This document shows, piece by piece, positions 48,037-56,493 of a stretch of 64,000 bases of DNA; the first letter of the stretch is position 1, and each line of letters begins with the position of its first letter. A program made the position numbers and the translations under genes. The DNA comes from Candidatus Melainabacteria bacterium (GTDB taxonomy: Bacteria; Actinomycetota; Actinomycetes; Mycobacteriales; Pseudonocardiaceae): positions 24,667-88,666 of the forward strand of contig CAWACW010000002.1 of assembly GCA_963780635.1 (NCBI GenBank). The letters run 5' to 3'. The notes beneath the pieces were generated by a model that was not told the DNA's origin, searched no databases, and saw nothing but the letters and a program-made list of their open reading frames with translations.

Positions 48037-51000
48037 AGTTCTTCCTCGGCGGCTGCGGACCGCGCTTTCCAGGCCAGGGCGACCGCGCGGGCGACACGGT
48101 GGGACAGCGCTTCCTCGTCGGGGTCGATCCCGCGGGCGCGCACGTGGTGCATGTGCAGCAGCGATACCAGGACCGAGGACGGCGTGATGTGGCTGTTGTC
48201 GGCGCTAAGACACCCTGCATACTGAGTCGCGGCGTGGCGCCGCTGGGCCCAGGCGTGCGCGATCTGACCGCCGTTGGGCAGTGTCAACAAAGCGGGCGTA
48301 GCCGCGTTCACGTCGGCCAACTCGACGGCCTCACGGACCACAGTGCGGTCGCCTATCGGTGCGTGACCGGTGAGGTCGGCGTGCTCGAGCAGCCATCGCA
48401 TGCCCCGCGACCGGCTTCCGGTCATGGCGCAGGCCAGGTCCACCAGGCTGGCTGCGATGAGCGCCCGCGCAGACACCGCGCGCGTGTTCGCCTGGGCGAG
48501 GAGTTGGATGAGGACGGCAGTGGAGTCCGCAGCGAACAGTGCCTCGGCTGCGCCCATCGTCGCGCCGCTGCCGTACCGCGCGGTTTCCGGTCGGTAGGTG
48601 CTCAGCGTGAGGTCGCCGACCAGGCCACGCCGCCGCAGGTCGGCCGCCCACACCCCGACGCGGTTGGCGGCCTGCCCGTACTCGAGTAGGCCCTGCAGGC
48701 GTAGGCGCAGCTGCGGGGTCGGGGTCCGGTACCGCGCGAACCACCACATCGGTGGTTCGTCCCAGGTTGCGAGCAGGGTGGGCAGATGCTGGGTGAGGAT
48801 CGTGTCGACGATGTCGGGATGCCCGTAGACCTGGGCGTTGAGGACCGGTGATCCTGGCAGCGCGCCGTGCTCTGCCCCGACGATCGGCAGCGGCGCCGAG
48901 GTGGCCAGGACCGCGGGCGGTTGGGCCGGCGGTGCGGTCGCGGCCAGCGGAATGGTGATCTCGTGCGGGCGGCCGTCGAACCAGCCGTGGTCGGCGGCGG
49001 TGGGTGCCTCAGCCACGGTGAAGGCGCCGCCGAGCTTGTGCACGTGCTCGCGCAGCACCGCCAGATCCAGCGGGTCGTCCAGGTTCAAGCGCAGTCTGCG
49101 ATCCCCCGTGCCCACATACACCGCGGCCGGTAGGCCCAGACGATCCCGCAGCGCGCCCAGCGATGCTGTCCAGTCGCTGCGCGAGGCTGCTGGGCCCGGC
49201 AACCGGCCGGGCGATATCCGCCACCGAGCGGCGGCCAGGATGCTGCGGCCGTAGCGGACCCGGGGCCGGAACGGCAGGCAGTCGGCTGCGCCCCAGTCGA
49301 ACACCGACACGGCCGCGTTCGTCGCTCGCGGAATCTCGAACAGCACACGCGCGAGTGCGGGCATGGCGTGCCGCGCCGCGGCGTGGGTCAGAACCGGCTC
49401 CACAACGCGCCGCCGTGACAGGGACACCAGATACATCCGGTGGTGGTCGGCCGTGACCGCGAGATCACCGACCGGGATGCGGTCGTGCGTGTCGTGATGC
49501 TCGGCCACGGAGATCAGGTGGGGCAGCACTCGTGGTGCGTGCAGCACGTTCTGGGCGTGAGAGTTATGTGCAGGAAACGACAGTTGAGCGGGTATCGCGC
49601 CCTCGACCCCTACGGGCAGCTGCCGGTAGAGCCCGATCATACGCGCTCGATCGGCGTCGGGAAGAAGGTCGAGGAATCGACCGCTGGTGGCGATGGCCGT
49701 CGCGGCGATCCCGGTCACGGCGAGTGTGAACGCTCCCTGGGTCAGCGCCGACGTCGTGTGCGCTCGGACATCCACGCACAGGTCGATATGCGGAACCGGC
49801 CGCACCGAGGCGCCGTCACCAGCGGCCAGGCTGTCGATCATGTCCTCGTCGAGGACGACTTCCTGCGCGCCATCCACGGCCGCCTGCTGGGCGAGCGCCA
49901 GCAGGCGCTCATCGCGGCGCGGCAACCACGCCGTGGCGGCAGGGTCCGGCGGCTGTGCGTAGTGACGGGGAAACCCGAGGCCGGCCGTCGGATCGACGAG
50001 GTCGGTGACCGCGACGACGGCGTGGGGGCCATAGCGGTCCAGGAACCTTGTGTGAAAGTCGCGCCAGGCTGGATGACCGTGCGGATGCGGGGTCAGCCTG
50101 AGCAACGCGCCGGCCGCGGCCTCGGCTTCGATCGCCACCTGCGCGGGCAGCGCCGTCGTGCAGCCCAGCCGCAGATCGACCATCAACGGCTGCTCTACGG
50201 CGCCAGGCACGGCGCGCATCCGCGCGGCGACCGCGTGCCTGGCCCGTCCGTCGGCCCAACCCAATGCGGCGTCCGCTGCAAGCAGTTGTGTTCGGATCGC
50301 ACGGAGCTCGCCGACCAACAGTGCGACCTCCGGCGCTCCGATGGCGTCCACTGCGGGCAGCTGATCCACGACGTGGCCGAGCCCATCGGCGATCATCGAG
50401 GGAGGCCGCAGCGAGGTGATCAGTACGCCGTAGGCGATCAGTTCACGCAGCATGGCTTCGACCGCAGAACGTGGCGCGGTCGGGAACGCCGCCGCGATCT
50501 GGTCGATCAGGTCGGCGACGCGGATGGGTGACCGTGTGGCGCGCAGGACCACCTGGACCGCTCGGCTGTGCCGAACCGACACTTCGACCGTCGCCCCGGC
50601 GTGGGAGTCATCAGCGCGTGGTCCGCCGGGTACCACCACGCGGTCACCGCGCACGACCGCCAGGGTGTTCGACGTGACGGACAGATGGGGCCACAGTGTC
50701 GGACAGGCTTCCAACAGCGTGACCACCGCGGCAAGCCACGCCGCATCGGCTCGTGTCCGGGTCTGGTGATCGTCGGTCCATCGCACCGAGGTCTGGTGGC
50801 CGAAGCGCAGCGCCGCCACACCGGCGAAGGTCCCGAACGGTGTGGCCCGCCCGCGCAGCCGTACCAGGTACCGGGCAGCTGACATGACCATGCGCCGCGC
50901 CTGCCCAGGGCTCGGACGCGGGTCCTCCCCCATCGCCTCGACGCGGGCGGCCAGTGTTGGGCTGGCGATGGCGACGGCCTGGGCAAGCGACGGCTGTGAC

Positions 51001-51164
51001 CACACCTGGGCAAGCCATCCGCACAACGCGTCGCCGTCCATGCCGAGGTTGTTGCCGACGTTGATGCCGACGCTCAGGTCGGGCCACGGCACGGAATCCG
51101 CCTCGCCGGCATACGTGCTGGCACGCAGCAGCGCCGCGTCAATGTGCCGATACTGGCGCGCCAC
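48033..51164 (-). CDS. lanB: class I lanthipeptide dehydratase (LanB)
   Basis: 1043 aa. An N-terminal Lant_dehydr_N-like region is followed by the C-terminal elimination domain with MWWFARYRTPTPQLRLRL. Confidence 0.9.
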   Translation of the reverse strand: MARQYRHIDAALLRASTYAGEADSVPWPDLSVGINVGNNLGMDGDALCGWLAQVWSQPSLAQAVAIASPTLAARVEAMGEDPRPSPGQARRMVMSAARYLVRLRGRATPFGTFAGVAALRFGHQTSVRWTDDHQTRTRADAAWLAAVVTLLEACPTLWPHLSVTSNTLAVVRGDRVVVPGGPRADDSHAGATVEVSVRHSRAVQVVLRATRSPIRVADLIDQIAAAFPTAPRSAVEAMLRELIAYGVLITSLRPPSMIADGLGHVVDQLPAVDAIGAPEVALLVGELRAIRTQLLAADAALGWADGRARHAVAARMRAVPGAVEQPLMVDLRLGCTTALPAQVAIEAEAAAGALLRLTPHPHGHPAWRDFHTRFLDRYGPHAVVAVTDLVDPTAGLGFPRHYAQPPDPAATAWLPRRDERLLALAQQAAVDGAQEVVLDEDMIDSLAAGDGASVRPVPHIDLCVDVRAHTTSALTQGAFTLAVTGIAATAIATSGRFLDLLPDADRARMIGLYRQLPVGVEGAIPAQLSFPAHNSHAQNVLHAPRVLPHLISVAEHHDTHDRIPVGDLAVTADHHRMYLVSLSRRRVVEPVLTHAAARHAMPALARVLFEIPRATNAAVSVFDWGAADCLPFRPRVRYGRSILAAARWRISPGRLPGPAASRSDWTASLGALRDRLGLPAAVYVGTGDRRLRLNLDDPLDLAVLREHVHKLGGAFTVAEAPTAADHGWFDGRPHEITIPLAATAPPAQPPAVLATSAPLPIVGAEHGALPGSPVLNAQVYGHPDIVDTILTQHLPTLLATWDEPPMWWFARYRTPTPQLRLRLQGLLEYGQAANRVGVWAADLRRRGLVGDLTLSTYRPETARYGSGATMGAAEALFAADSTAVLIQLLAQANTRAVSARALIAASLVDLACAMTGSRSRGMRWLLEHADLTGHAPIGDRTVVREAVELADVNAATPALLTLPNGGQIAHAWAQRRHAATQYAGCLSADNSHITPSSVLVSLLHMHHVRARGIDPDEEALSHRVARAVALAWKARSAAAEEEL

Positions 51165-51256
51165 GACTGTGCCCCCGTCCTACGAAATCGTTGTGCCGTT
51201 AGGGAAAACCGGTGCCCGGTCCAGCCGGCCTCGTAGTGGGACCGGGCACCGGCGAC

Positions 51257-51388
51257 TCAGCAGTCCCCGTCTTTCCGCGTGTCGCATCCGTCGTCGGTGC
51301 TACTCAGCAACGCGGCGTCGGGCCGTGCAGCAGCGACGATCGTGACGTCGAGGTCAAGTTCGCCGTCGGCAACGTGAGGGTTATCCAT
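51257..51388 (-). CDS. lanA: FxLD-family lanthipeptide precursor (43 aa)
   Basis: MDNPHVADGELDLDVTIVAAARPDAALLSSTDDGCDTRKDGDC. AGGAGG lies 6 nt upstream of the ATG at 51388. The leader has LDLDV in place of FxLDV. The C-terminal part has 2 Ser, 2 Thr, 2 Cys and several Asp. It lies 92 nt upstream of lanB. Confidence 0.8.
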   Translation of the reverse strand: MDNPHVADGELDLDVTIVAAARPDAALLSSTDDGCDTRKDGDC

Positions 51389-51600
51389 GGTTGTCCTCCT
51401 GTCGATCTCTCCCGGTTCCCCATTGGCCCGGGCAGTTCTGCGGTCGAAATCCCCGTGCGTCCGCGGCACCGGCACCTTCCCGTACAGGCCGACCGTGACG
51501 GCAATCAAGCCGAGATCGCTCGCCGCGGCGGCGTACGGCTGCGGTGCGCGTAACCGTGCTGGGCACGCAAGCGCTACGTCGTACGGCGCTGGGGCGTGTC

Positions 51601-51847
51601 GGCCACTGGGACTGGCACGGCACCGTCGGTCGACCGCTCGATGGCCGATCCGGGTCGTCGGGATGATCGCGTTGGTGCCACGCCATCGACAATGCACGCT
51701 CACGGCCCGGCGCGGAAGGGAGGATTCAAGGGATGTCAAGGGGATACTTCGGGGAGAATTGCAAGCCTCCCCTTCCGGCGCCGAGCAGCGGCATCTCCAC
51801 GATGTGCGTCCGGATGGCCTGGTCAGACGCCTGCGGAAAACGGCGTC
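51601..51847 (+). repeat. copy B of the roughly 250-bp duplicated element
   Basis: See copy A. It lies 212 nt upstream (minus-strand sense) of the lanA start. No XRE gene follows it. Confidence 0.9.
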
Positions 51848-51932
51848 CGCCACCGTCACCGGGCCCGGCCGGACTCACCCGTGCCGAGATCAGGTACTCA
51901 CGCGCCAGCCGGAGCAGCAGCGTCGGCGAGTC

Positions 51933-51972
51933 GTGGCGGTGGACGCGCCCGCGCGGGCGCGTCCACCGCCAC
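51933..51972. repeat. perfect 40-bp palindrome GTGGCGGTGGACGCGCCCGC|GCGGGCGCGTCCACCGCCAC
   Basis: Read directly. The two halves are exact reverse complements with no loop. Confidence 0.9.
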
Positions 51973-52135
51973 GAATACTGCACGACCAAATACTGGCTAC
52001 TTGACGGTCTTCGTCCCGCAGCCCACCGTCCGAGCGCCCGCGGTCGACCCCGCACCGACCCCGCTCGTGACAGAGTCTGCCACACCGCCGTCCCCCGACG
52101 TGGTCACCGAGCCGGTTAGCGCGCCGGGTGGGAAA

Positions 52136-52338
52136 GTGACCGTGCGCGCGGAGAAGCGGACGCTCACCCTGTCTAATCTGGAAAGGTGCTGTACCCGGCC
52201 GACGGGTTCACCAAGGGCGAGGTGATCCGCTACTACAGCCTCATCGCGCCGGTGCTACTCCCCCAATTGAAAGGTCGACCGGTCACCACGATCCGCTACC
52301 CGGACGGTGTGGATGGCCAGCAGTACTTCGAGAAAACG
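52136..52338 (+). pseudogene. N-terminal fragment of a LigD-type NHEJ polymerase/primase domain, frameshifted and truncated
   Basis: VTVRAEKRTLTLSNLE(K)VLYPADGFTKGEVIRYYSLIAPVLLPQLKGRPVTTIRYPDGVDGQQYFEKT. The frame breaks in the AAA run at 52182-52184. Similarity stops after FEKT. Confidence 0.65.
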
Positions 52339-52435
52339 ATCTCCTGTCGGGCGGCCTGCTCCGCGTCCTGGCCGGGGTCGCCGACTGGGCCGGCTGGCCA
52401 TAGATGGCGGCTGCACAACCGTGCTCGGTCGGCCA

Positions 52436-52639
52436 TCACGCGACCCAGCGTGCTGGTAGCAGGCAATCGGTCTTCTCCCATTCGCCACACCGCAGCATCG
52501 GGCGCTCCCATATCCAGCTGCCGCCGATCTCCGGGATCTCGGTGCAGGTACCTGTGCGTCGGTCCCATGTCCTCACCACACGAAGCCCGCAAGCGGTGTT
52601 CACGTCCGGGAACACGTGCTCCGCCATCACCGGCCTCAC
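52436..52639 (-). CDS. small Cys/Trp-containing ORF (67 aa) overlapping the CPBP stop
   Basis: ..MAEHVFPDVNTACGLRVVRTWDRRTGTCTEIPEIGGSWIWERPMLRCGEWEKTDCLLPARWVA. About 78% GC3 by hand count. Start overlaps the CPBP stop codon. Confidence 0.3.
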   Translation of the reverse strand: MRPVMAEHVFPDVNTACGLRVVRTWDRRTGTCTEIPEIGGSWIWERPMLRCGEWEKTDCLLPARWVA

Positions 52640-53577
52640 GCACGGCTATCTGCGGGGCGTTGAGTGGCGAAAGGCGGGCCTTGCCGACGGCGTTTGCGGA
52701 TCTGGTCACCCGGCCGCACTGGTTTCGTCACGACCCAGCCCCCCACGACAGCCCACACCAGGACCGCCAGGCCAAAATCGACAATGCCGCCCCACACCAA
52801 GCTCAGTGACACGCTGATGACATCGAACAACGCATGCGCCACAATCAGTGGTATGAGCGCGCCACTCCGGCGATAGACGTAAGGAAGAAGGAGTGCCAAC
52901 GGAACGATGTCCGGAATCACCTCGAAACCCTGGTACAGGTGATACCCAACGCGCAACGCCGCCAAAATGCCAATCGACCACCACCCGTACCGTCCGAGCT
53001 GGCGACCACGCCCAAGGGGGATGTAGTCCAACAAACGCGCACACACACCGAGAAGTAGTGTTTCCTCACTGATCGCCGTCAACGACGACGTCACGATCAC
53101 CAGCCATGCCGGCGGATCGGACGAAAGGAATGCCGGTGCTGTGCCGACTAACCCTGGGAGCCTTGTCGCCAGAACTTTGAGTACATACAGGCCGATGACG
53201 ACTATCACTGCTGGGCCCTGAAAGTAGGTGCCCGCGGTTCGTACGTGACCAGTCCAGCGCAGCGCCGGCCGCAGCCCCACAGCGCGCGCCCCGTCCGCAC
53301 CAGCAAGACACCCCAGCCCCACGACCCCGAGCAGAGCGTTCAACACGTAGCTGCGGATGGCGGACGCGTCCTCGGCCGCGTGCGTCGTGCCGGTTGTTGG
53401 TGCGGAACCGTGAAGAAGAGCCGCCCACGAACTCGTCGTGATACGCCACAGAAGATACAATGCGCACACGGCGGCCGCACCTCTGAGCAACCACCGCCAC
53501 CATCCGGAAGCGGGTGGGCTGTATCGAGGTCGCAGACGTGGTTTACTGGCCATGGTTCGCTTTCGTCGACTCGGCAA
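52636..53577 (-). CDS. CPBP-family intramembrane glutamic endopeptidase (CAAX protease/Abi-type, bacteriocin-immunity-like)
   Basis: Polytopic protein with motifs AISEETLLLG (EExxxR-like), GYHLYQG and IVAHALFD (HxxxD). Confidence 0.78.
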   Translation of the reverse strand: MPSRRKRTMASKPRLRPRYSPPASGWWRWLLRGAAAVCALYLLWRITTSSWAALLHGSAPTTGTTHAAEDASAIRSYVLNALLGVVGLGCLAGADGARAVGLRPALRWTGHVRTAGTYFQGPAVIVVIGLYVLKVLATRLPGLVGTAPAFLSSDPPAWLVIVTSSLTAISEETLLLGVCARLLDYIPLGRGRQLGRYGWWSIGILAALRVGYHLYQGFEVIPDIVPLALLLPYVYRRSGALIPLIVAHALFDVISVSLSLVWGGIVDFGLAVLVWAVVGGWVVTKPVRPGDQIRKRRRQGPPFATQRPADSRA

Positions 53578-53583
53578 TGGGAT

Positions 53584-53715
53584 CTAAAGAACGAAGTTGG
53601 TAACGACCCACAGAACGCAGACCATCAAACACACGATGACCGCACGGACCGACACCACGACTGCCCCGCGGTAGTGCGGCGTACCGAACGGCCGACGTTG
53701 CAATGTTCTAGACAT
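53584..53715 (-). CDS. 43-aa single-helix membrane peptide upstream of the CPBP gene
   Basis: MSRTLQRRPFGTPHYRGAVVVSVRAVIVCLMVCVLWVVTNFVL. Ends 6 nt before the CPBP start. Below the ORF-track cut-off. Confidence 0.3.
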   Translation of the reverse strand: MSRTLQRRPFGTPHYRGAVVVSVRAVIVCLMVCVLWVVTNFVL

Positions 53716-54280
53716 GACTCGCTTTTCACAGTTTCACCAAGGTCAGCGCCGGTAAGGGCGTGCGTGCGCCCACGGCCCAGCTACACGCATAGCTTCGCGA
53801 TTTACTCTCGGCCGCCAGCCACCAGCGCGGGGGCGAGGAGAGATCCTCCGCATTTATTCGTGAACGCCACAATTCGCCGTGGGTGACAAGGGATGGACGT
53901 GAGCCTCGCCGCAGGATGAAGAACCGTCGTAGCAGCGCGCGGCCGCAACACCACACATTTGCCCAACGCTCGCGGTGCCGACGGGTGGGCGGCCCACCCC
54001 TCTGAGCGGAGGGCGACCGTAGCCGGTCCGCCGCGGATACACCATCGTTGCACAGCGTCGTGATTCCGCCTCCAAGGTCGAGGCGCCAACCATCCTGCGT
54101 TCTCCTTCATGCCGCACGTCATCCCCAGCCGGGCGACCTGATAGTGGCGTACACGCGACCGCGGCGGAAGATCAAACCGTCGTACATTTCCGTACGTCTA
54201 TGGACATGCACATGTACGTCCCACGCACACGGAGCTGGCTCTACACTCGCGCAAAACGCGACCGGAAAGGGGCCGACCAG

Positions 54281-55597
54281 GTGCCGCCCAACGAACGGCT
54301 GCGAGCGGTACGAATGCAAGCTGGGATGAGTCGGACCGAACTCGCGGCGGCGGCCACCGAGTGGCTACAGAGGCGTGCCGGTGGAGGGTCCCATCGCTGT
54401 CCGCGTCGGCTGGAAGAACACTCGGTCGGGCGGTACGAGCGCGGCAATGTGGGCTCCCCTCACCTGCTGGTGTTAGCCGCTCTCCGCCACGTCCTCAAGG
54501 TCACTACGGACGCCGAACTGGGCTTTCCCGGCAATGCCGAAGCGACCGGCGCCAACACCGGCGTCGAACCGCGATCGACGATCGCCGCCACGGATCTCCT
54601 CGCTGCCGCGGCCGCGTCGACCCGGTACCTCCCCGCCGCAGAGCACACCAATATCGGCGACCTCAGCATCGAGCAATTGCACACGGAAGTGCGGCGCGTA
54701 GCCAGCAGCTACCTCAAACAGCCGGCGCCGCAACTGTTCATCCGCACCATCCAGCTGCGAGACCATGCATTCGAACTACTCGCCGGGCGCCAGCCACCCC
54801 GCCGCGCCCGCGACCTGTACGCTGCCGCCGGCTGGGCCCTGACGATGCTGGCCTGGATGTCCGTGGACCTGGGCAGCCCGGACGCCGCCGACGATCACCT
54901 TCGCGTCGCCCTGGCGTGCGCGCGCAACGCGGAGGTGCCGAACCTAGCGGCTTGGGTCCGCGCGACCCAGCACACGGCGGCCTATTGGCGCCGGGATTTC
55001 CGTGGAGCCGCCGCCTACGCCAACGCAGGTTCGCAGGAACCCGGTGTCACCGGCACCGCCGCCACCTTCCTGGCCAGCGCCCACGCCGTTGATCTCGCGC
55101 GACTAGGCCAGCACAACGAAGCGCGCTGCGCCCTTGACCGGGCCCACCGCCTTGCCGACGACGCAGAGCTGAGAGCCGACGAAATGGGCGGGCCACTGAC
55201 CTGCACGCCGGCCCGAGCCGCGTCGCTGTGGTCGGACGCCTACCTCGTCCTCGGCGACGCCGCCAGCGCCTTGTCTGCGGCAAAGGCGGCGGTCGACGGA
55301 CTCCAGGCCGCCTCACCCGACGTGCGGAATGTCGGCAGCCTGCGGATGTCATGGGTTCAGGTCGCCAAGGCACATCTGGTCGACGACGCCCTGGACGGTG
55401 CAGCGCAGGCACTCGCGTCGGTCCTGGCCACCCCGCCAGCTCACCGTGTAGGCCCACTACGACACCGCACGGCAGAAATCAAAGCCATGCTGTCCGGCTC
55501 CACCCGGACCGCCGCGCCAGCCATGGACATCATCGCCGCGATTGACGACTTCAACTCCGACCAACCGACTCACGCAAACCCCAGGGACGAGGCATGA
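54281..55597 (+). CDS. XRE-family HTH regulator with TPR-like C-terminal domain
   Basis: GTG at 54281 (VPPNERLRAVRMQAGMSRTELAAAA..SVGRYERG..). Same architecture as the ORFs at 29563 and 41851. The tracked 54200 start is less likely. Confidence 0.8.
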   Translation: MPPNERLRAVRMQAGMSRTELAAAATEWLQRRAGGGSHRCPRRLEEHSVGRYERGNVGSPHLLVLAALRHVLKVTTDAELGFPGNAEATGANTGVEPRSTIAATDLLAAAAASTRYLPAAEHTNIGDLSIEQLHTEVRRVASSYLKQPAPQLFIRTIQLRDHAFELLAGRQPPRRARDLYAAAGWALTMLAWMSVDLGSPDAADDHLRVALACARNAEVPNLAAWVRATQHTAAYWRRDFRGAAAYANAGSQEPGVTGTAATFLASAHAVDLARLGQHNEARCALDRAHRLADDAELRADEMGGPLTCTPARAASLWSDAYLVLGDAASALSAAKAAVDGLQAASPDVRNVGSLRMSWVQVAKAHLVDDALDGAAQALASVLATPPAHRVGPLRHRTAEIKAMLSGSTRTAAPAMDIIAAIDDFNSDQPTHANPRDEA

Positions 55598-56239
55598 CTG
55601 ACCTTGCGCCCATGCGAGACCACTGGTGGTGGCGCCCCGGCTGGCGGCGGGGCCGCAGCTTCTTACACCTGGCACGTGACGTTCCGCGATCAACCCGAGG
55701 TCGTCCGCTTAGCGATCGACTACGCCCCCGACCTCCGCGACCGACCACCGTTGCAGCCCATACCCACGCAGTGGCTGCACCTGACCATGCAGGGCATCGG
55801 CTTCACCGACGAGGTCGACAAGCGCGACCTGGATCGGATCATTCGGGCCGCGCAGCGACGCTGTGCCCTCCTACGGTCAGTCACAGTCACCCTCGGGCCT
55901 GCAGCCCTGGACCCCGAGGGCGTCTACCTGCCGGTGCTGCCCGTCGCGCCACTCGACGCTATCCGCCACACCATCCGCCTCGCGATCGCAGATGCGGTCG
56001 GCGACGATCAGGTACCCGAGTCAGCGGAGGGCTGGCGTCCGCACGTGTCGCTCGCGTACTCGGGTGACAACGGACCCGCAGAACCTATCGCCGCCGCGCT
56101 GGCAGCACACGAGCCGAGTTCTGCATCCGTCACTGTCACCCTCGCCGCGGTTTCCCTCGTTCGACTCAACCGGGACCAGCACATGTACATGTGGGAGGAC
56201 GTAGCCGCCGCTCATCTGGCAGCGTCGTCAACACGATAG
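55594..56239 (+). pseudogene. 2H-phosphoesterase (2'-5' RNA ligase/LigT-like) family protein, frameshifted at about 55663 as assembled
   Basis: The ATG at 55594 overlaps the XRE stop (ATGA). MTDLAPMRDHWWWRPGWRRGRSF / YTWHVTF.. is broken by one extra T in TTCTTAC. Two HxT/S motifs are present: WLHLTMQG and RPHVSLAY. Confidence 0.72.
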
Positions 56240-56246
56240 GGCTCAG

Positions 56247-56468
56247 ATGGCCGATCTCGGTCGACGCTCCGGCCCCAGCCAACGCCAGATAGGCGTTGCA
56301 CGGGCGTTGTGTGTGGCTGCCCGGGACAACATCCAGATCCACGGGGCGCTCGGCTTCACGTGGGAGCACGATGCGCACCTCTACTACCGCCGTTCCATCG
56401 CCGACGACCTGTTGCTCGGCGACGCCGCGTGGCACCGCGACCGGCTCGGTGCCCTGCTCGGTGTCTGA
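56247..56468 (+). pseudogene. acyl-CoA dehydrogenase C-terminal fragment
   Basis: ..ARDNIQIHGALGFTWEHDAHLYYRRSIADDLLLGD.. matches only the ACAD C-terminal helix bundle. Confidence 0.55.
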
Positions 56469-56493
56469 CCGGCACCGCACGGAAGGACCGGAC

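Noticed and set aside
51257-51859. 200-aa version of the lanthipeptide precursor ORF
   Set aside because: The upstream 157 codons are Arg/Pro-rich and run through the duplicated element. A strong AGGAGG sits directly before the internal ATG at 51388, and 43 aa fits the family.
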